Shown here piece after piece: positions 60,434 through 64,000 of a stretch of 64,000 nt of DNA (positions are counted from its first letter, which is position 1; the number at the start of each line of letters is the position of its first letter). The notes under the pieces were generated by a model. That model was given only the letters and a program-made list of their open reading frames with translations. It had not been told where the DNA came from and searched no databases. This DNA is from an uncultured Mycoplasmatota bacterium (GTDB lineage: Bacteria; Bacillota_I; Bacilli_A; RF39; UBA660). The translations under genes and the position numbers were made by a program. The stretch lies in the NCBI GenBank assembly GCA_947056845.1, contig CAMSCJ010000001.1:96442-160441 (forward strand), given 5' to 3'.

Positions 60434-62047
60434 TTATTTTTCATAACTTTTATAAATTTTAGCTATATTTTCAGCAACAATAATACCATCTATAGCGGCT
60501 GAAGTGATACCTCCAGCATATCCAGCTCCTTCTCCTGCTGGATAAATTCCCTTGATATTGCTTTCGCAAAACTCATCGCGTATTATTTTAATTGGTGAAG
60601 ATGTTCTACTCTCAACACCCGCTATAATCGCATCATCCGTTGCATACCCCTTTATCTTTTTGGAAAAACTTTCGATACCTTCTATTAATGCATCGTTTAT
60701 ATAATTTGGGAAAATATTTCTTATATTGCCAAATGTATAGTTACCTTTAAAAATAGGTTTTATATTACCAAAATGATTGGATAATTTATTATTTTTAAAA
60801 TCGCCATATAATTGTATAGGAATATTCCCTTTACCTTCAATAAAGGACTTTTGTTCTAAATCTCTTTGAAATTCAACACCAGCCATTACATCATCACCAA
60901 AGTCATCAGGATTAACAGTTACAATAACAGCGCTATTAGCATTGCCACTATCTCTTTTATAATTGCTCATTCCATTAATTGCTAACATATTTTTTTCTGA
61001 TGAAGCATTTACCACATATCCGCCTGGACACATACAGAAAGTATAAACCCCTCGGGCATTGCTAGCTTTATGTGTTAATTTATAACTAGCATTAGGGAGA
61101 ATTGTATGGCTTTCAACCCCATATTGTGATTTATTTATTAAATCTTGTGGATGCTGAATACGAATACCAACCGCAAACGGTTTAGACTGCATATTAATTG
61201 ATGATTCAGATAACATTTTAAATGTGTCACGAGCACTATGACCAATAGCTAAAACTAATATATCTGTATTTATAATTTGATTATTATTAACTTTAATACC
61301 GACTAAATGTTTATTATCATAAATTATATCAGTTAAACAAGTATTAAATCTAAATTCACCACCCATAGAAATAATTTTGCGACGAATATTCTTAATAATA
61401 TTTCTAAGCAAATCAGTTCCAATATGGGGTTTACTATCATAAAGGATTTCTTCGGGAGCTCCAGCTTCTACAAATATTTCAAAAACTTTACGATGGCGAT
61501 TAAGTGGATCTTTTACTAAAGTATTAAGTTTTCCGTCAGAAAATGTTCCTGCTCCACCTTCACCAAATTGGACATTAGAATTAGGATTTAAAATACCTTT
61601 TTTCCATAAATTTTCAACATCTAAAATTCGCTTATCTACATCTTGACCACGTTCAATAATAATCGGTTTATAATTATTCATAGCAAGCATATAAGCACAA
61701 AATAAACCAGCTGGGCCACTACCAACAATAATTGGGCGATTAGTTAACATAGTTTTACCTGTTATCTGAAAATTATACTTATAAATAGGTTTTAAAAAGA
61801 TGTCACTTGATTTTACATCAGTTAAAACTTTTAATTCATTTTCAACCTCAATGTCAATTTCATAAACATAATATAAATCTGGTTTTTTTCGGGCATCAAT
61901 AGATCTTTTTATAATTGATATGCTTTTAATATCTACCGGTTTTATTTTTAATTTTTTAGCGCATTTTTCTAATATTTGTTCTTTAGATGACTCAAATACA
62001 TTTATCTTTATTTGTCTTAATCTTATCATTTCAATTATCTCCTGCAA
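60434..62047 (-). CDS. FAD-dependent dehydrogenase of the COG2509 family
   Basis: Rossmann GSGPAGLF followed by a long FAD-binding domain. Confidence 0.7.
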   Translation of the reverse strand: MQEIIEMIRLRQIKINVFESSKEQILEKCAKKLKIKPVDIKSISIIKRSIDARKKPDLYYVYEIDIEVENELKVLTDVKSSDIFLKPIYKYNFQITGKTMLTNRPIIVGSGPAGLFCAYMLAMNNYKPIIIERGQDVDKRILDVENLWKKGILNPNSNVQFGEGGAGTFSDGKLNTLVKDPLNRHRKVFEIFVEAGAPEEILYDSKPHIGTDLLRNIIKNIRRKIISMGGEFRFNTCLTDIIYDNKHLVGIKVNNNQIINTDILVLAIGHSARDTFKMLSESSINMQSKPFAVGIRIQHPQDLINKSQYGVESHTILPNASYKLTHKASNARGVYTFCMCPGGYVVNASSEKNMLAINGMSNYKRDSGNANSAVIVTVNPDDFGDDVMAGVEFQRDLEQKSFIEGKGNIPIQLYGDFKNNKLSNHFGNIKPIFKGNYTFGNIRNIFPNYINDALIEGIESFSKKIKGYATDDAIIAGVESRTSSPIKIIRDEFCESNIKGIYPAGEGAGYAGGITSAAIDGIIVAENIAKIYKSYEK

Positions 62048-63302
62048 TATGTTTCCCAGCTAAAATACCAGATATCCATGCAAATCCTAGATTATAACCT
62101 CCACAGTCACCATCAACATCCAATAGTTCACCTATGATATAAAGACCCTTACTTTTTTTAGATTCCATGGTCCTAGGGTCTATTTCACTTAGCGGAACAC
62201 CTCCTGAACAAACTTGAGCCTTATCAAAGGAATTTGTAGACACAATTTCTTGTCGAAATGCTATAATATTTTGAGCCAAAGTAAGTTTAAATTGTTCATT
62301 TAATTTAAGCCATTTAGTTTCTTTTTTTATATTAGACTGTTTCATCAATAAATTAACAAGTTTATAGTTTAAAATGCCATCTAATAATTCTGTGATATTT
62401 CTATTTAATACTTTTTTAGAACGGTTATCCATCCACTTTATGAATTCCTGAGGTGTATCACCAATCCAAGGCACAAAATTAATAATAACCGTTTCTTTAT
62501 TCCCTGAATCTAAACCACGAGCAATTGCTCCACTTAATTGCATAATGCAAATTCCACTAAGGCCATAATCAGTTAAAATAATTTCCCCTTTTTCTTTTTT
62601 TATAAAAACATCATTTTCTAAAAGTGAGACTTTTACATCTTGTTTAATCCCCGCCCATTGTTTAAAATAATTATTGTTGCCCCTTAATTGAACTAAAGCT
62701 GGCAAAGGTTTAATAATAGAGTGCCCTAATCTTTTAACAAGTTCGTATCCATTCCCATCACTACCTGTTTTTGGAGCAGCCTTAGAACCTGTTGCAATAA
62801 TTACTTTATCAGCGAAATATTCCCTATTATTAGTTTTAATGTAATACTTATTTTCTTGTTTTATAATATCTTCAACATAAATATTATTTTCTATCGTAAC
62901 TCCAGATAATTTAGCTTCTAATATTAAAGCTGTTTGCACGCTAGTAGCTTGATTAGAATATGGGTAGTAATATCCATTTTTTATTTTAGGAACAATGCCT
63001 ATACTCTCAAAAAAAATCTTAACTTCATCTTGTAGCTTGGTAGTAATTATTTGCGGTAGGAATTCTTTATTCATTGAATGATAGTTTTGCAAATTATAAT
63101 TACTATTCCAATAATTACATTTGCCATTACCTGTTGATAATATTTTTTTTCCACATGTATTATTTCTTTCTAAAATAATAACTTCGCTACCGCCTTTTGC
63201 TGCAAAAATAGCTGATACTAGTCCAGACGCTCCTCCGCCTATCACAATTACTTTCATTCTTAGCCCCCTAACAAGATTATGCATAAATATATTATAACAC
63301 AT
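62031..63302 (-). CDS. HI0933/YtfP-like NAD(P)/FAD flavoprotein. The likely start is ATG 63257 (MKVIVIGGGASG).
   Basis: GXGXXG dinucleotide fold and the C-terminal GG..L motifs of the aminoacetone-oxidase-like family. Confidence 0.7.
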   Translation of the reverse strand: MCYNIFMHNLVRGLRMKVIVIGGGASGLVSAIFAAKGGSEVIILERNNTCGKKILSTGNGKCNYWNSNYNLQNYHSMNKEFLPQIITTKLQDEVKIFFESIGIVPKIKNGYYYPYSNQATSVQTALILEAKLSGVTIENNIYVEDIIKQENKYYIKTNNREYFADKVIIATGSKAAPKTGSDGNGYELVKRLGHSIIKPLPALVQLRGNNNYFKQWAGIKQDVKVSLLENDVFIKKEKGEIILTDYGLSGICIMQLSGAIARGLDSGNKETVIINFVPWIGDTPQEFIKWMDNRSKKVLNRNITELLDGILNYKLVNLLMKQSNIKKETKWLKLNEQFKLTLAQNIIAFRQEIVSTNSFDKAQVCSGGVPLSEIDPRTMESKKSKGLYIIGELLDVDGDCGGYNLGFAWISGILAGKHIAGDN

Positions 63303-63364
63303 TTTAAGCTAAAAATTATATTGAAACAAAAAACACCAAAAGGTGCTTATTTTTTAAAATAATA

Positions 63365-63438
63365 TGGCTGCCTCAGCTAGATTCGAACTAGCGATCATGG
63401 AGTCAGAGTCCACTGCCTTACCGCTTGGCTATGAGGCA
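63365..63438 (-). tRNA. tRNA-Gln (anticodon CUG)
   Basis: U1-A72 pair and discriminator G73 typical of bacterial tRNA-Gln. Anticodon stem GTGGA/TCCAT with loop CTCTGAC. T-arm GCTAG-TTCGAAT-CTAGC. Encoded CCA. Confidence 0.75.
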
Positions 63439-63497
63439 ATAACCATTTTAATTTTACTACAATTTGTATTTATATTCAACTCTTTTATAATTAATTA

Positions 63498-63941
63498 TTA
63501 AAAAATAACATATATAAGTACAAGTGAACAAAAGATAGACCAAATAATTCCCATTAAAACTTCTAAAGGTTTATGACCCAATTGCTCTTTTAAATGCTTA
63601 ATTCCTATTTTAGTATTTCTAAAAAATATTTCATCAGCTATTTTATTAATAGCGATTGCTTGTTTTCCACTTTCCATTCTAAGTCCCATCGCATCATATC
63701 CAACGACGCAGGAAAATACTAATGCTATAGCAAATAAGGGACTTGTAATACCTTGTAGAATTCCGACAGTTATAGTAAGAGAAAAGGTAAACGATGTATG
63801 AGTACTTGGCATACCACCATTTCCATTAAATAATCTTTCCCAATTTAGTTTTTTATATTTAATTGATTCGCCAATAAATTTAATTATTTGAGCACTTAAT
63901 GCTGAAATAACTGGTACAATTAAATAGATATAGTCTTTCAT
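63498..63941 (-). CDS. Divergent PAP2-family membrane protein (YuiD-like, DUF212)
   Basis: NGNGGMPSTHTSFTFSL and GYDAMGLR motifs. Confidence 0.7.
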   Translation of the reverse strand: MKDYIYLIVPVISALSAQIIKFIGESIKYKKLNWERLFNGNGGMPSTHTSFTFSLTITVGILQGITSPLFAIALVFSCVVGYDAMGLRMESGKQAIAINKIADEIFFRNTKIGIKHLKEQLGHKPLEVLMGIIWSIFCSLVLIYVIF

Positions 63942-64000
63942 ATTTCACCTACTTTATATATTATTATAATCGAAAAAAAATAACTTATCTAGTAAAAACG

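Noticed and set aside
60291-63438. tRNA-flanked segment as a genomic island
   Set aside because: Both tRNAs and the intervening flavoprotein genes share one orientation and encode housekeeping-type enzymes. No integrase, direct repeats of tRNA 3' ends or composition shift were seen.
1-64000. Possibility that this is a Mollicute using UGA=Trp
   Set aside because: prfB, which recognises UGA, is present with a UGA-containing frameshift site. Long ORFs are intact under the standard code. Peptidoglycan (murE, murF, FtsW, FemX) and sporulation genes are present.
1-64000. CRISPR arrays, IS elements, integrases, phage genes
   Set aside because: None seen. The only short tandem repeats are the 23-bp pair at 28179 and the 366-bp intragenic duplication. 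No transposase- or integrase-like ORFs are present.

Overview
The window is extremely AT-rich (roughly 25% GC) and reads in the standard genetic code: prfB is present with its UGA frameshift site, and there are long uninterrupted ORFs. It looks like chromosomal core DNA of an endospore-forming low-GC Firmicute (Clostridia- or Erysipelotrichia-like). Gene density is high and most genes lie on the minus strand.

Recognisable housekeeping content:
- Cell division and translation: ftsEX, prfB (+1 programmed frameshift found in the sequence), prfA-prmC, glyQS with a candidate minimal T-box leader, peptide deformylase.
- Cell wall and competence: FemAB-family transferase, murE-murF, FtsW/RodA-type SEDS protein, comEA-comEC, asnB.
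- GTPases, repair and chromosome: der, engB, uvrC, smc.
- Other: ybeY-dgkA, trmB, two OmpR-type two-component systems, a membrane protein with a degenerate GGDEF domain, tRNA-Glu(CUC) and tRNA-Gln(CUG).
- Sporulation: yunB, yqfC-yqfD, a SpoVIF-like protein, sspI with a sigma-G-type promoter, a YjcZ-family protein, and ytxG/ytxH.

Non-core and unusual items, best first:
1. A dinJ-yafQ (RelB/YafQ) toxin-antitoxin cassette sits in the 3' end of yigZ. It is bounded by about 128-bp direct repeats that duplicate the yigZ 3' end.
2. A candidate type I toxin-antitoxin locus. A 27-aa hydrophobic peptide with a GGAGG ribosome-binding site runs convergent to a consensus sigma-A promoter. That promoter is preceded by two perfect 23-bp tandem repeats and would drive a short RNA with three AAGTACTT palindromes that can form alternative hairpins.
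3. murF encodes an N-terminal polytopic membrane domain of about 180 aa in place of the canonical N-terminal domain.
4. An orphan kinase carrying only the HipA C-terminal domain.
5. An intragenic tandem duplication of about 366 bp.
6. An in-frame TAA splitting a zinc-ribbon membrane protein gene.
7. Two small decaying or frameshifted ORFs.

The ORF-track entry 33639..34475 is labelled '+' but the sequence shows it is on the minus strand. No CRISPR arrays, IS elements or phage genes were seen.
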